From the human T2T-CHM13v2.0 reference genome, Homo sapiens: a stretch of DNA of 64,000 nucleotides. Every line of letters begins with the position of its first letter. The first letter of the stretch is position 1. The notes under the pieces were generated by a model, which saw only the letters and a list, made by a program, of their open reading frames with translations, was not told the DNA's origin and made no database searches. A program made the position numbers and the translations under genes. Location: the NCBI RefSeq assembly GCF_009914755.1, contig NC_060926.1; one strand, 5' to 3'. Below, one piece after another: positions 45,033 through 59,695 of this stretch.

Positions 45033-46261
45033 TGGCTCAATATTTCTAACAGCTAAAAAGCTCATTTTGCTGCTCCGCTCCTCAGATGGACTTGCTCCCC
45101 TGTGCAGTGCTATATATGTGCTTGGGGACCATGCTGGGTATGGGAGTTTTTAGTCCTAGGACCCATATTTAGAGTAATTCTGAGATTTCTCTGATTCTCT
45201 CTCTCTATTTCTAGCTGGATCTCTTCTCTCACGGGTCCTCATTCAAATCTATCATTTCCAGTTTTCCACAGCCCCCACCCTTCCCTACTTACTACCTAAC
45301 ACTTGGCTGCTCCCTTCATCTTTATGACCTGTCTGAGCCTTGGAATATTTGAGTTTGAGACCTCTGTCTGGAGTCTTTTGTCTCTCTTTGTTAAGGGGGT
45401 TTTCTTCTTGAATTGAACATGCTTTCTGCAGGAGTTATCACTACAACCCTATCCTTCCTTTCAGACCTTGCTCAAATCTCTCTGCCTTTGCAAAAAACCC
45501 CTTCACACTCCTTCTCTTTCATCTCTAACCTTTTTGCAAGTGTATGTCTTGTGCAATCAGTTCCTGAAATACACTATCCTATTTGTATTTCTCTATGACA
45601 TATGCTTCATATGAAAATAAAATAGAAATAATGGCCAAAACAGAGGAACATTAGTTATAATATAACTGTTATGTTTGTGGCACGTGATTTAAGTAAAATG
45701 ACCGAAAGTTGCCCACTGACAATTGTTACTTATTTCTTCGAGGAGAGCTCTTCCAAAGTGTAGTTTAAAGGGGACAGGAAATAGCTGTAAATTAATGAAG
45801 CTGGATTTGCTCACCTCCATGATGCCCTCTTGCCTGGCCCAATACTGCATTTAGTTGGTATGAGGAAAGTTCACAAAATCTGCAAAAAAGCAATGTTGGT
45901 TAAATTTCCTCTATTTAATAATTTTTTTCCTAATCTTAATTAAGAGCTTTTAATTTATTAATTAATCTTGTCATCACTTTCTATAATGAGCATTTCCCAT
46001 TTTATTTGTGGTTTTTAAAATGTGCCATTAATTGCAGAAATTAAGTATTAGTATGATTTCATACTATGGTGTTATTGTCAAGCTAAGAGCAGGAATTTGG
46101 TATCATTTCTTTATTAGCATTTAAAATACCATGTTCACTAATTATCCATTCCCTACTCGTATTCCACTGCTAAATTGCTGCTATGCTTGGAGGCTTTAGG
46201 AGTCTTCTTGCAATTTCAGCGGCTTAAGTTTTTTGTTCCTCTGCTTAAAAGAACCTCAGAG

Positions 46262-46316
46262 AAGAAGGCGGGGCTAAGAAGATTCCAGTTATAAAAGCTT
46301 TCCTCCTCCTGTGGGG
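46262..46316 (+). promoter_or_regulatory. TRPM8: TRPM8 core promoter: GC box and TATA box
   Basis: GGCGGGGCT at 46267-46275 and TATAAAA at 46290-46296, 27 nt before the inferred start near 46317. Confidence 0.82.
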
Positions 46317-46376
46317 AGAGACCAGCAGGATCCTTGGGTGAAAGAAAATCCTGCTTGACAAAAACCGTCACTTAGG
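46317..46376 (+). other. TRPM8: TRPM8 exon 1 (5' UTR, non-coding); 5' boundary approximate
   Basis: AAGAAAATCCTGCTTGACAAAAACCGTCACTTAGG matches the remembered TRPM8 mRNA leader; donor GTATGT at 46377; splicing to 55475 gives TAG GAA AAG ATG (in-frame stop upstream of the ATG, no uATG). Confidence 0.88.
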
Positions 46377-48364
46377 GTATGTCATCAACTTTTGCTTTTT
46401 GCTTCTCCTTAAATGTTGCCATTGCTGTAACTTGTAGAATAGTACGAGTTTGTGTCTCTGGGAGGGGCATCATTTAGTTTTTCTATGAAGATTTGAAACT
46501 AAAGGAAGACAAAAATTTAAATTCCTCAAAGTGTTGTGGGCATAAGCAAATGCGGGTTCACAGATATATCTAATCCTCACTTAGATTTATTTAGAAATGT
46601 AGAATTATTTGCTGAATTTTTGAATGACTTTAAATATAATTACAGTTTTCTGTTTCTGATTGAAGGAGTTAGAAACTCCCTAAATGAGCTTTAATGAAAA
46701 ATTCACTGGCATCTGAACTCTGCAACTGACTATCTGAAGCAATCCTATTGGGAACATAATAAAACAAGTTTTTTCTTGAATCAAGACTATGGTGAAATGT
46801 AAATTAACATCAAGAAATAATGCATTCAAATAGTAAATATTCTTTGATAATGAAAGGAGCGGGTATATTTAGCTTGTTTTTACATACTGTGTTTCCTTCC
46901 GTTCTTCCAGCCTGTTGAAACAGGCTCATCATTTGTATTATTTATAAGCAAGAGAGAAACACTGAAGGGCTGGATGAATAATTAAAGGTTTTATTTCCAT
47001 TTAATTTTCAATCCATTATTGCCAGTGCTGACTTTTTCAGTGTTAGGATTCTTGAGCTGAACATAAGGAAATGGTTATTCCTTAAGACTATTCTATATGT
47101 GCTAATACAAAGATACTGATCATGAGAGAAGTTTTAGCTTGTCAAAATCTTGACAGTGCAAAGGACTTACTTCCAAGGTTGTGACTTTGGATGCATATTT
47201 ATTTATAATTTGGAAAAAAGCTGTTTATTATTATTTATTAATAAGATATTTATAATTATATTACAAATAATATAATTGTTATAGAAATAATATAATTACA
47301 TTATAAATTATAATTACATTACAATTTATAATAATAATTATCACTATCTTTGTTTTGCCTAAGAACTGATATCATTCTTGGCACCTGTGAAGACAGTAGG
47401 GGTCCAGGCTGCATAGGGACCCCTGCTTTTCCTCTTATTCTAAGAGGGTCTCAGCAAATAGCATCTTGGAGCATCACCTGCTGCCTGTATCTACCTCCTG
47501 TTTCTCACTTCTACTTTTTGGAGCAGGATACCTTGGGGTCAATGACTTCGGGAGCCTCCACTGGCTTTTGCTATTTTCCTAGTTTTCATCCATCTATTCA
47601 AACTGAAAAAAATTTGGCTGATAGAGGCAATTAGAAAAACAGGATAATGCCTACAACAAAATAAATCTCAGCTCTCTCCTGGTGGTGACTGAGACATGGA
47701 GGCACAGATGCCTAGTGACCTTTTCAGGTATTGTAACCCTTGTATGCACCCCTGCCATGCCCCTGCCAAAATAAGAGTGGAGGAGATCTCTCTGGATGGT
47801 GTCATTTATATTTGAAGCTTCTGCAAGTGTTATACTCACCATTTTCATGAATAATTGATGGCTCAAAGAGTGGAGATGGCTGGGGTTTGGTGTGGGGCCC
47901 TTTGGAGCATTTTCCTTAGAGTATGAACAAGTTTTTCCTCTCTCATTCAGTGTGCAAAGGAAAACATCTTGTTTCTCCCCCCACCCCATTTTTTTTTTAA
48001 TCAGAAAGAGACTTAGAACTAGACAATCCTGATTGAAAATGACACTTTAGGACTGATTTGACCATGGTGATAGGTGAGCTAAAAAGCAACTTATAAAACA
48101 TGCCAGAAGCCTTTTTTTATTAGGATAATAAGAGCACACTAATATTTTTTTTGTATTGAGTTCAAAGGATGCATGAATATTCTGTTGTTCATGAGTGACT
48201 TCTAGACTATTTAAAATTATTCATGACCATTGATAATAAAAATAGTACCACGGCCAACCTCTCCCCTCAGCAAACAACATGAGGTTTGTAACCCTTTGTT
48301 TAAATTTTGGCAGTGTACTAATGTTGTTAAGATGACAATCTATTTCTTCTCAAAGCTGTATTAA

Positions 48365-48690
48365 AGTGGCACAAATTAGCTTAATGTTTAAGATTGGGTC
48401 TCAGGCCAGCCTGCTTGATTTTGAATTCTGCATCCTCTACTTATTAGCTGTGTGACTTTGGGAAAGTTACCTAACCTCTCTGTGCCTTGGTTTGTCATCC
48501 ATCTAAAGGAGAAAATAATAATCCATATAACTCATGGGGAGATGGATCCATGTAAATACTCTTTAACGTATCCATGTAAAGAGTATTTACATGGATCCAT
48601 CTTGCCATGTGTTATATGGATTATTATTTTATTACAAGTACAGTGCCTGGCACATAATAGACATGACACAATACATAACAGTTATTTATT
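48365..48690 (+). mobile_element. MIR SINE carrying an internal inverted duplication
   Basis: AGCTGTGTGACTTTGGGAAAGTTACCTAACCTCTCTGTGCCT core and ACAGTGCCTGGCACATA end. Confidence 0.85.
48512..48630. repeat. Inverted repeat, 54-bp arms, 11-nt spacer
   Basis: 48540-48565 is the exact reverse complement of 48577-48602; the outer 28 bp pair with 3 mismatches. Confidence 0.95.
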
Positions 48691-48935
48691 ACTGACATTT
48701 GGATGGTGTTCCTGGTCTGATGGAGATGTATGTTTCATGTGCAAGCAGGACAAATTGTAATGTTCAGACATTCAAGTTGTGACTACACAAGAACACAAAG
48801 CCAAAATTAACATGATATTGCCGCTTGAACATCCAATCAGTTACCTGCATGTGTTTTGAAAAGATTTGATTATATGCTCTGGAAACATTTTATTGCACTT
48901 TAAGGACAAGGGGGTCCTTGGTGTGATCTGTGGGC

Positions 48936-49075
48936 CAGTGGTCCTCTGAAGGTGGTCCTGAGGCCACCTCATTAGCACCTGGGAACTTGCTAGAGATGCA
49001 GAATCTGGGGCTCACTGCAGATGTCTCATGCTCTTGAGGTGGGGCCCAGCACTCTGAGTTTTAATAAGTCCAGTG
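48936..49075. mobile_element. MER5A-type hAT MITE
   Basis: CAGTGGTCCTC...CACCTGGGAACTTGCTAGAGATGCAGAATCT...GGTGGGGCCCAGCACTCTG. Confidence 0.7.
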
Positions 49076-49609
49076 AGTCAGCCTGCAGGATGACGTATAG
49101 TTTCCTGTGTGAGAAACTGTAGGAACTGTTGGTCCTTAGTTTGTAACTGCCATCTCTCCTGATAGGTATGGTAGGTCTATCGTGAAGTTTTGAAAAAAAT
49201 GTGAACGGTATTTCAAGAGTCCATCTTGATTTTAATTTTTACTGAGGTTATCTCTATGGTGGTCATTAAGATTCCATTAAATTCATCAGGCCCATTTGAA
49301 ATTTTTGAGAGTAAAGACCATGAATAGAAATAATTGAGATTATTGATTAAAAACATGAAAGCAAAGATTGACATAGTTAAACAAGTAAATCCTAGAACTG
49401 GACAAATCCTTAGCTATCTCTCTGTGAAGGTCCCTTCCTTTGGGCCTGCCATGGAGATAATTCCATTGAATTTTACTTTCATGGCATAGCTTCAACTTGC
49501 ATTCAGGACATTCTAAGAAATAGCCAGGCTAAGTTTAGTGCTGTAAGTCTTGCATGGCTGTGCAGGGATATTTACCACTATGTGGCCCAGTGTGCTTTTG
49601 GCATAGGCA

Positions 49610-50290
<681 letters not shown>

Positions 50291-50385
50291 TAGGAGTTCT
50301 TTTCACCCTGGCCTCTGTATCAGGGAATGTGGGTTTGAAGTTAGTTTATGGATGCCTTGAAGCTTGTAATTGACTATGTTCATCC

Positions 50386-51251
<866 letters not shown>

Positions 51252-51817
51252 ATCCCTTTGCTTTGGCCATTGGTAAGTTTAGGGCATGATTTCTAGTGCC
51301 CCCTGAGGACCTTGGAACAGGCTTCCCCTGTGGCTGGATAAGCTCCTCACTTAACCAGTCTCTTTCTCTTATTTTATCCTCAGCTCATTTATTTCTCTTT
51401 GGTTCCTTTGCTTTACATAATATTTTAGTAAGTTTCTTCAACTCTTTCTGCATTGAGATAAAATATAAACATTTAAACTGAAAAAAAACCTCTACCACGT
51501 CATCTCTACTTATTATTTATATCTGACATTTTCCCTCCAGCCTCCCTGTCTCCCTTTCCAGAGCTGCCTAAAGTTATGTGAGTGTTTGCCTTCCTTGTTC
51601 CCCATTCCTGAGTGTGTCTTTCTACTGCCCTCACAGCTGAATTGACTCAGGATACAATTCCTAGATCACAATCTTTTCCCTCTTAAAAAAATGTAAACAC
51701 TGTTCCATTTTCTTCTAGTTTATAGTGTTGAAGAAGAGAAGTTTTATACCAGCCTGGTTTTTCTCCTTTAGTAATTTTTTTCTGCTATATTGCTTGTATG
51801 TTTTTATGTTTATTCTT

Positions 51818-52110
51818 TTTTCTTTTTTGAAACAGAGTCTCGCTCTGTCACCCAGGCTGCAGTGCAGTGGCACGATCTCGGCTCACTGCAAGCTCCGCCT
51901 CCCAGGTTCACGCATTCTCCTGCCTCAGCCTCCTGAGTAGCTGGGACTACAGGCACCCGCCACCACGCCTGGCTAATTTTTGTTGTTGTTGTTGTTAGAG
52001 ATGGGTTTCACTGTGTTAACCAGGATGGTCTCGATCTCCTGGCCTCGTGATCCGCCTGCCTCAGCCTCCCAAAGTGCTGAGATTACAGGTGTGAGCCACC
52101 GTGCCCGGCC
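51818..52110 (-). mobile_element. AluY-like within an old L1M fragment
   Basis: GCAAGCTCCGCC diagnostic; (TTG)n linker; TSD TTTTTATGTTTATTCTT. Confidence 0.92.
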
Positions 52111-54144
52111 ATTTTTATGTTTATTCTTATACTTAAATGATTTCATCTGGATACCTCTGGCCCTATTAATTTTGCTTGGCAGCAGACCCAGTGAGGTTTT
52201 TATTGTGAAGACTCAAATCTTTCTTTATCTTGGGGAAGATTTATTCTGTTGATTTTCTGATGACTGTCTCTTGTAAGTAGAACATTCTTTTCTTTGGAAA
52301 GGCCTGTTACTGACATGACAAATCTCCAGTGTTCTCCATGGCTCCTCTAGCAATGGCCACAGCTAGGTGTGGTGCAGCTGTACCAAGGTTTTCCCTCCTT
52401 GGTGGGGTGGGCTAAAGTGGAGGGACACAGCCCCATGTCCCCTGCTGCCGTGCTCTGCCTGCCCAATGCTGCCGGCACCAGGTTACCACGCAGGGCTCCA
52501 TGGGCCGGCATCCACTGCACATCTCGAGCACATCCTCTGGTTTGACATGGGGTCACACGGTGCTGCCAGTCTTTGCCACACTTGATTAGGGTGCCAGCTT
52601 CATTAGAAGTAAGGACGACTGTCAATTAAGCATTTCACTCATGGGTCTTGAGACTTCTAGTCTCAGCTTCTGTCGTGCCTGGGGTAGCACCTCACTCTCT
52701 CTTCTGCCTGGGGAGGCTGTAACTAGAAAACAATAAAACAACAACAACAACAACAAACTGTCCAGAGCTGGAAAAAAACAAAAACAGCCAAAATTGAGTT
52801 TGCATGTAAAGAGGCTTACAATCAATGTGAAAATTTCGGACCAATATCTGGTTAGAATCAGTAAACCATCAGGACTTCAGAATAAGGGGAACATGCTGGG
52901 CAGAAAGAAGAGCAGGGAGGCTGCAGTCAGGATTTTCTTTACCAGATCAAAACTCTAATAAAAACAACTACTTTTACAGTGTTGGGGGGAAAGTGTTGAA
53001 TGCAATAAGAAGACATCCCCATGGATGATAAGCTTCTCACAAGTTCCTCCTAGGCTTTGGTGTGCTCAGATCATCCCCAGGGACCTTCTCCTGACACTGA
53101 CAGATAAGTCCAAGGTGGGCGAGTCAGGAGCGGAAGGACTCATGCTGGGCATGGACATCCCAGCCCTTTGCCCATTGTTTCCAGGGAATTTTGGATCGCT
53201 GGATCTGGCGGTGTGATTTTGTTACTTCTCCCTGGCGCATGACGCACCAAGGGATCGGCTTTCTCCCCCTGCCTTTCCCGTTCTCTCTCTTTCAGGGGCA
53301 TCTCCTTTTCCACAGACCCCTCCTCTCACTCTCCAGGGAACCAGCTGCTCTCTTCCCATATCGCTTCTCTTGGACCTCAGGCCTTAAGTTCCTTCTTCCA
53401 ATGCTTCTTTTACTTCTGAGCCTGAAGTCCTGCAACAATGTGTCTAGAAGATCAACAAACCTGCAGTACTGGGATAGCTGCTATCTAAGACTGTATGCCA
53501 AGACCCAGTCAACCAACTTGAATATCAACTGGTCTCAGAGAACCAGTTGAGACTACCAGCTGCTGAGAAAGGCATTCGGAATGTCAGAGGAGGGCTATTT
53601 GCTGCATCTCTTAAATGGCTTCCCAATGTTTTCTTTGATAGAAATGTGATTTGAAGGCAAAAATACCCCTTTTCTGTTGCAGCGAAATAAACAGTTTTTC
53701 ATTTCAAGGCAAATGAAGTCACTTCCTAAGCCTTGGTGCCCTACTTAGAAGCAATTTGCTGTAAGGGAATCATAGTGAATACCTTGCAGGATTGATCTGT
53801 GGTTTTGCAATGATGTATGTAAAGTGCCAATTAATACTCTCAGCTTCTCTTTGAAATGCCTGGGGAGAGAAGTAAAAGAAGCGCTTGTTGTTTTAAACAG
53901 TCTAGACCAACCATTTGGAGTGCATTTTAAAGCAGTGCCAGTCTCTGAGGTGTGGGAGGCCTGTGGCTGGCCTGGGAGGGGCGATCTGGATGGAGGAGTC
54001 ATGGCCCCCTGGGCTGAGGGTCTGAGAGCAGAGTGTGGCTGAGTGGTGGGTCTGCTCTGTGTCTTAGACATTTCTGCATTCGGGAGTTATAACAGGTGAC
54101 GTGGAAATAGTTAGCAAACCGAAGGAGGATTTGCAAGGGAGTAT

Positions 54145-54720
54145 TGATTCAATCAAACTATTCATCCAATAAATAAATATGCAGATCTCCTTTATGCACT
54201 GTGCCAGGCCCTGGAAGTCTAGTGGTGAACAAGATACAGTCCTTGGCCTCAGCAAGTTAACAGGGGTCAAACAGATCATTAAACAAATCATGATGCCCAC
54301 AGCTTGGTGCAGGTTGAAGGGGCTACACAGGCAGGTGAGCACTTGCTCAGCCTGGGCATTGTGGGGCATCTCCCTGAAGAAATGATGAGTGAGCTGAGCC
54401 TGGAGGATGAGCAGGAGATGACAGCTGGAGGGGTATGGGGAAGAGGGCTCTGGACAGAAGGTGGGACCCCAGATAGGAAAGCCAGGTCCAGAGAGAGAGG
54501 GAGGTGGGCACAGTCAGGCCGGGGAGGTGGAGACCAGCAGGGCCGAGCGCAGAGACAACGCGAGAGCCTTGGAAGGGGTGAGGAGGAAGGACTGCTGCTG
54601 GGATGTGGTGGGACAGACAGGGAGGAGCTTGGAGCCAGGAGGAGGGGACTCAGGGAGACACCGTATGCAGGAAGGACAGTGCTTTCATTTACTGTGTCTG
54701 CAGGACAACCCCAGAGGTTG
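54145..54720 (-). mobile_element. L2 LINE 3' fragment
   Basis: ATTCATCCAATAAATAAATAT...CTGTGCCAGGCCCTGG...GGTGAACAAGATACAGTCCTTGGCCTC. Confidence 0.7.
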
Positions 54721-55410
54721 AGTAGGCATTGACGGGTTTTGTCTCGAGCTTGGGATGTGGGTCTGAGTTAGACTTTGGGAGACGAGGGGAGAGGGGCCTC
54801 CTGAAGTATGGGATGGGGGCATATTAGAGTGAGAAAAACAGAGCAGGGACCCCGGGAAGCATTGCATGACAGATAAGGTTTTGCAATGCCCAGGCTAGCA
54901 GCCTGCTCCAGAGCCCTAGAGGGAAGTCTTGGGCGTTAGAGTCTCAGGATGACCTGGGACAGACTGACCCCCAAGCCCTACCCACCACCCTTCAGGGGCA
55001 GGGGTCTTCTTTTCTGCCTGAGGTGCAAGTCCTCTGGCCAATGCAGGCTGCTAGCCATAGTCTGCTCTGTAAATTCCCTTCATCCTCAATTCATTACTTA
55101 GCAAGTAGCTACTGCAAGCCCCTCAGATGGAGTGCACTGTGATGCATGTGCTACAGACTGCCCTTTCAGAGCTTGCAGTCTGGTGGGGCCATGCACTTGG
55201 CCACTGCAAAGAGGGGGTGCCCAGGAGGGGATCCTGACTCAGGGGTGAGGGGCCAGGGAGGATGGGCTGAGGGGTGGAAATGCCATCTGGGTCTTGGAGG
55301 GTAAAGAGGAATTAGGGGCAGAGGCACAATGACCATGGTGGGCCGAATGGAGCATGGGACATTGCACGTGGCAAAGGGGAGAGGGTGGAGGGAAAACGGC
55401 ATTGGGGTGA

Positions 55411-55635
<225 letters not shown>

Positions 55636-56051
55636 TAACCTTCGTAAGCCGTCAAATCCTGCATTTGCACATTGACTTTTAGAACATTTTAAATGCCATG
55701 TCTTTAAAATTCCTTTCACTACTTAATGCTCAGTGCTCTTGTTTCCGGTCTGAGCCTTGAATCACAGTCCCTTCTCCAGCTCTATGGCCAGGGTCTCAGT
55801 TTGGGTCCATCTGCATTTGTTCTTGTAATGGCCTCCTAGCTGCACTCCTTCACACTGTCTCTCCTGGTTCCAGGCCAGCTTCTACGCTGCCTTCAGGACA
55901 CAGACGTGCCCAATCATGGCTTCTTGGGTGAGCTGGAGTCGGGGTTGGGTGCCAGCGGGAGGTGTGTCCTTAGCACCTCTCTACCTCTTCCTGCCTGGCT
56001 TTGCTGACACTGGGCTGAGTTCCCTCCTGCAGGTTTTCCACCCACTCTCAG

Positions 56052-56091
56052 ATCCTGTCCAACACTCTCATATCCTGTCCAACACTCTCAT
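56052..56091. repeat. Perfect 20-bp tandem duplication ATCCTGTCCAACACTCTCAT x2
   Basis: Read directly. Confidence 0.9.
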
Positions 56092-56648
56092 TTGTCAAGA
56101 AATTAAGACAACATTCCAGCCTGACATCCAGTTCTCATGGACTACAGTGTTAAAAGTCGGGATAGCGGCTAGCTTTGGAAAGTAGGAATTGGTGGTGGGA
56201 GGCAGTTCTGGGGTGTTGCTTAGGATTTTGATCTCACTGGTGGGTTCCATGGGGGCTGACTTTGTGATCTATCATTGAGCTGTAAGAACACGCACACACA
56301 AACAAATACGCAAAAACCTGCTCTCCCCCAGTTTGGGTCTACCTCCCAGGGCCCGGGCTAGGCAAGTGAGGCACCCCTGATGCAAAAGTTAAGGAGGTGC
56401 CAGCCCTCAGGGGCTGCCCCTGCACTTGCATGCCTTGGGGGACTGAGCACCTCCTTGCACTTGCTCCCCAGTCACAGCTCAGTCCTGGCCACAGGAGAAG
56501 CAAACAGTGGGCCAAGGGTGGTGGTAGCTTTTCCAGCGTTTACCCCCTTGCTCTCTTCCTTCAACCCCAGTGACGAAGCACCTCTGGGAGGGCCCTTCTG
56601 GAGGGGTCCACCTGGCCTCAGCATCAGAGCCCTGGAAGACAGAGTCTG

Positions 56649-56941
<293 letters not shown>

Positions 56942-57222
56942 GAGACGGAGTCTCGCTGTATCGCCCAGGCTGGAGTGCAGTGGCGAGATCTCGGCTCACT
57001 GCAAACTCCACCTCCCAGGTTCATGCCATTCTCCTGCCTCAGCCTCCTAAGTAGCTGGGACTACAGGCTCCCGCCACTGTGCCTGGCTAATTTTTTGTAT
57101 TTTTAGTAGAGACGGGGTTTCACTGTGTTAGCCAGGATGGTCTCGATCTCCTGACCTCGTGATCCGCCCACCTCGGCCTCCCAAAGTGCTGGGATCACAG
57201 GCGTGACCCACTGCGCCTGGCC
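56942..57222 (-). mobile_element. AluY-like
   Basis: GAGACGGAGTCTCGCTG...TTAGCCAGGATGGTCTCGATCTCCTGACCTCGTGATCCGCCC. Confidence 0.93.
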
Positions 57223-57619
57223 GAGGCTGACTCTTTCTTGAGCCTGCCACTGTGACCTCCTGCTGGATGGGTCTCCTCTCCTCAGCCCCTGCGGGTGACC
57301 CCCTCCCAGATGCAGGCATCCCTATGGGTAGAACTGCTGAGACCATGCAAGAGCATCTCAGTTCTGGGGGGTTCCTTTTTGCCCCCTAAGCACATGCACA
57401 CCTCTGCAAAGTGCATTTTCAGAGGGTTTTTTAAGCAACAAAGCAGTTTTAAAAAATCATCACCCTTCTTCCTTGATCATTGATTACACAGATTACACAG
57501 CTGTTTTCTTCCTGCCTGTTAAGTAGACTGGAAATTAGTTAAGTGGATGAAAAAATTACAAGTAAAAATGGGCACCACAGACTTTCAAAACTGTACAGGT
57601 GAGCACTGAAGCTATTTTT

Positions 57620-59060
57620 GCTTTCAAAATGTTTGTGTTGAAAGATACAAAGAAAAGAATGTATACAGGTGAATTTCCAGCTTAAAAAGAATATTGAAAA
57701 GAATGCTCTTGTGCCCACCACCAGCTTGAGAAATAGCATATCGCCCCCATGTGGCCGCCCCGTTGGCTTTCCTCTTTCCTGTCAGAGGTTATAACCACTA
57801 TCCTGAATTTTTTGTTACCCATTCCTTGCTTTTATTTATAATTTTATGACTTGAGTATATGTATCTCTCTAAACAATACATTGTTTAGTTTTGTTCTGTT
57901 TTGAACATTCATGGAATTGTACTATGAGTATTTTTTTGTGAGTTTCTTTTCTTTTTTTTTTTTTTTTTTGCTCAAAACTGTTTTTGAGATTCATCCACGG
58001 TGAGACGTGTAACCATTGTTGATTTATTTCATGGCTATGCTGTGCCCTACTGTGTGCTTATGTTTGTTCAGCCTAAGGGGGATGGTATGTGGATTTCTGG
58101 TCTTTGCTATGAACAGCAATACCACTTGTAACATTCTTAGATGTGGAAGTCATGACTAACTGGAAAATATTATTTGAGTTGAGGCTTGGTGGGTGAAGGT
58201 AAACATCCCTCTTTCATGGGGTCTGGGTTTAAGACATACGACCTATGGGGAAACTTATGTTCAAAGGATTGGGAAGATAAGGCACGTGGTCACCCTTCTC
58301 TGATACCACAGGACTTGCAGGGGCAGAGGGTGAGAAGGGAAGGGGGCACATTGTGAACTTCATTCCAGGAGAAGGGACATCCCCCTTTGCAGTGCATGGC
58401 TGGTGGTAGCCTTGCTGCAGGGCATAAGAAGTCAGGGCTGGCTCTGGTGCCAGTGGCCTGTCTTATGAGGCCAACTGTGTGTAAAGTTGTCTGAGAACTC
58501 CAGCTGCCAGTATCTGGTGACCTGTGGGAAGTGGCACTGGATTGCTGGGGAGAGGAAGTTCCTAGCAGCCCCACCTCCCCAGGGAAAGGCAGCCCTCTGA
58601 GGCTGAATATTTATCGCCAGGCAGCTTTGCCAGGCATTCTGGGTGTGCAAGTCATTCATGGGGCAATTCTGCCTTTCTCCACCAGAGACTCTTCCTCAGG
58701 GAGGTAACTTTACTGGCAATAGTGGACAATATTCAGGAACGGTTGTATCTGTTTACTGCTCTCCCCTTCGACTATGCTGGGTGTTTATTGCCTTTGATAT
58801 TTTTACTAACCTGGTGGGTGTGAAATGGGATCTCACTGTGGTTTTCCTTTGCATTTGCTCATTCTGAATGAGGTTGAGCTTCCTTTCATATGTTTATGGG
58901 TTATTCTCTTTCAATGAATGCTTACTCTTGTCTTTGGCCATTTTTTTCCCATCGGATTGTCTGTCTCATTCTTACTGATGTACAGTGCTTATATATTCTG
59001 GCTATCAATCTTATGATGTTTCATACATGATGCAAATACCTTCTTCCACTTTGAGGAGTG
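57620..59060 (-). mobile_element. Fragmented old L1M (pieces at ~57620-58150 and ~58690-59060)
   Basis: TAACCACTATCCTGAATTTT, TTTTTGAGATTCATCCA, GGTGTGAAATGGGATCTCACTGTGGTTTT, GAGGTTGAGCTTCCTTTCATATGTTTAT. Confidence 0.65.
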
Positions 59061-59584
59061 TAGGTATTTTTAAAGGAGTTTTTCCTTTGTTTCCAAATAG
59101 TTTGCTTCTGCTAACTTAAGGGAAGCTTTTGGTTTATAAAGGCTTTTGGTTTTTTGTCAGAATTAGGTCCCAGATGTGCCTAACTACCTCTCCCATGGAG
59201 GGATAAATACATTTATGAACGGTTTTTGGAATATGTCTTCTTTTAAACAGCAAGGATAAGAGGAATGGGAATCTGCATTGATATATTATTTATGAAAAAC
59301 TATCATCCAATGCCTATATTCTCCCTGGTAGCCTTAGAGGTGGAAAAACATAATTTGTATGTATATAATACTGTTTATAAATAAGATAAGTCCAAATCAC
59401 TTCTAGAAAAATTTTCCATTTAGTTATAAAAATTTTAAAGTTTGCATCTTTAAAAAAAATTTTGTATACTCTAAAGGCATGAACAAATGCTGGATGCTAT
59501 GAATATGTGGTAAATTCTTAAAGCCTTTGAAGTGGGGTTACATCATATTTAGTATTCATCAATATCAGCAAGGGGTGAGAATAA

Positions 59585-59695
<111 letters not shown>

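Noticed and set aside
45400-47100. Androgen response elements expected for this androgen-regulated gene
   Set aside because: Only half-sites (GAACA) seen; no convincing AGAACAnnnTGTTCT palindrome by eye
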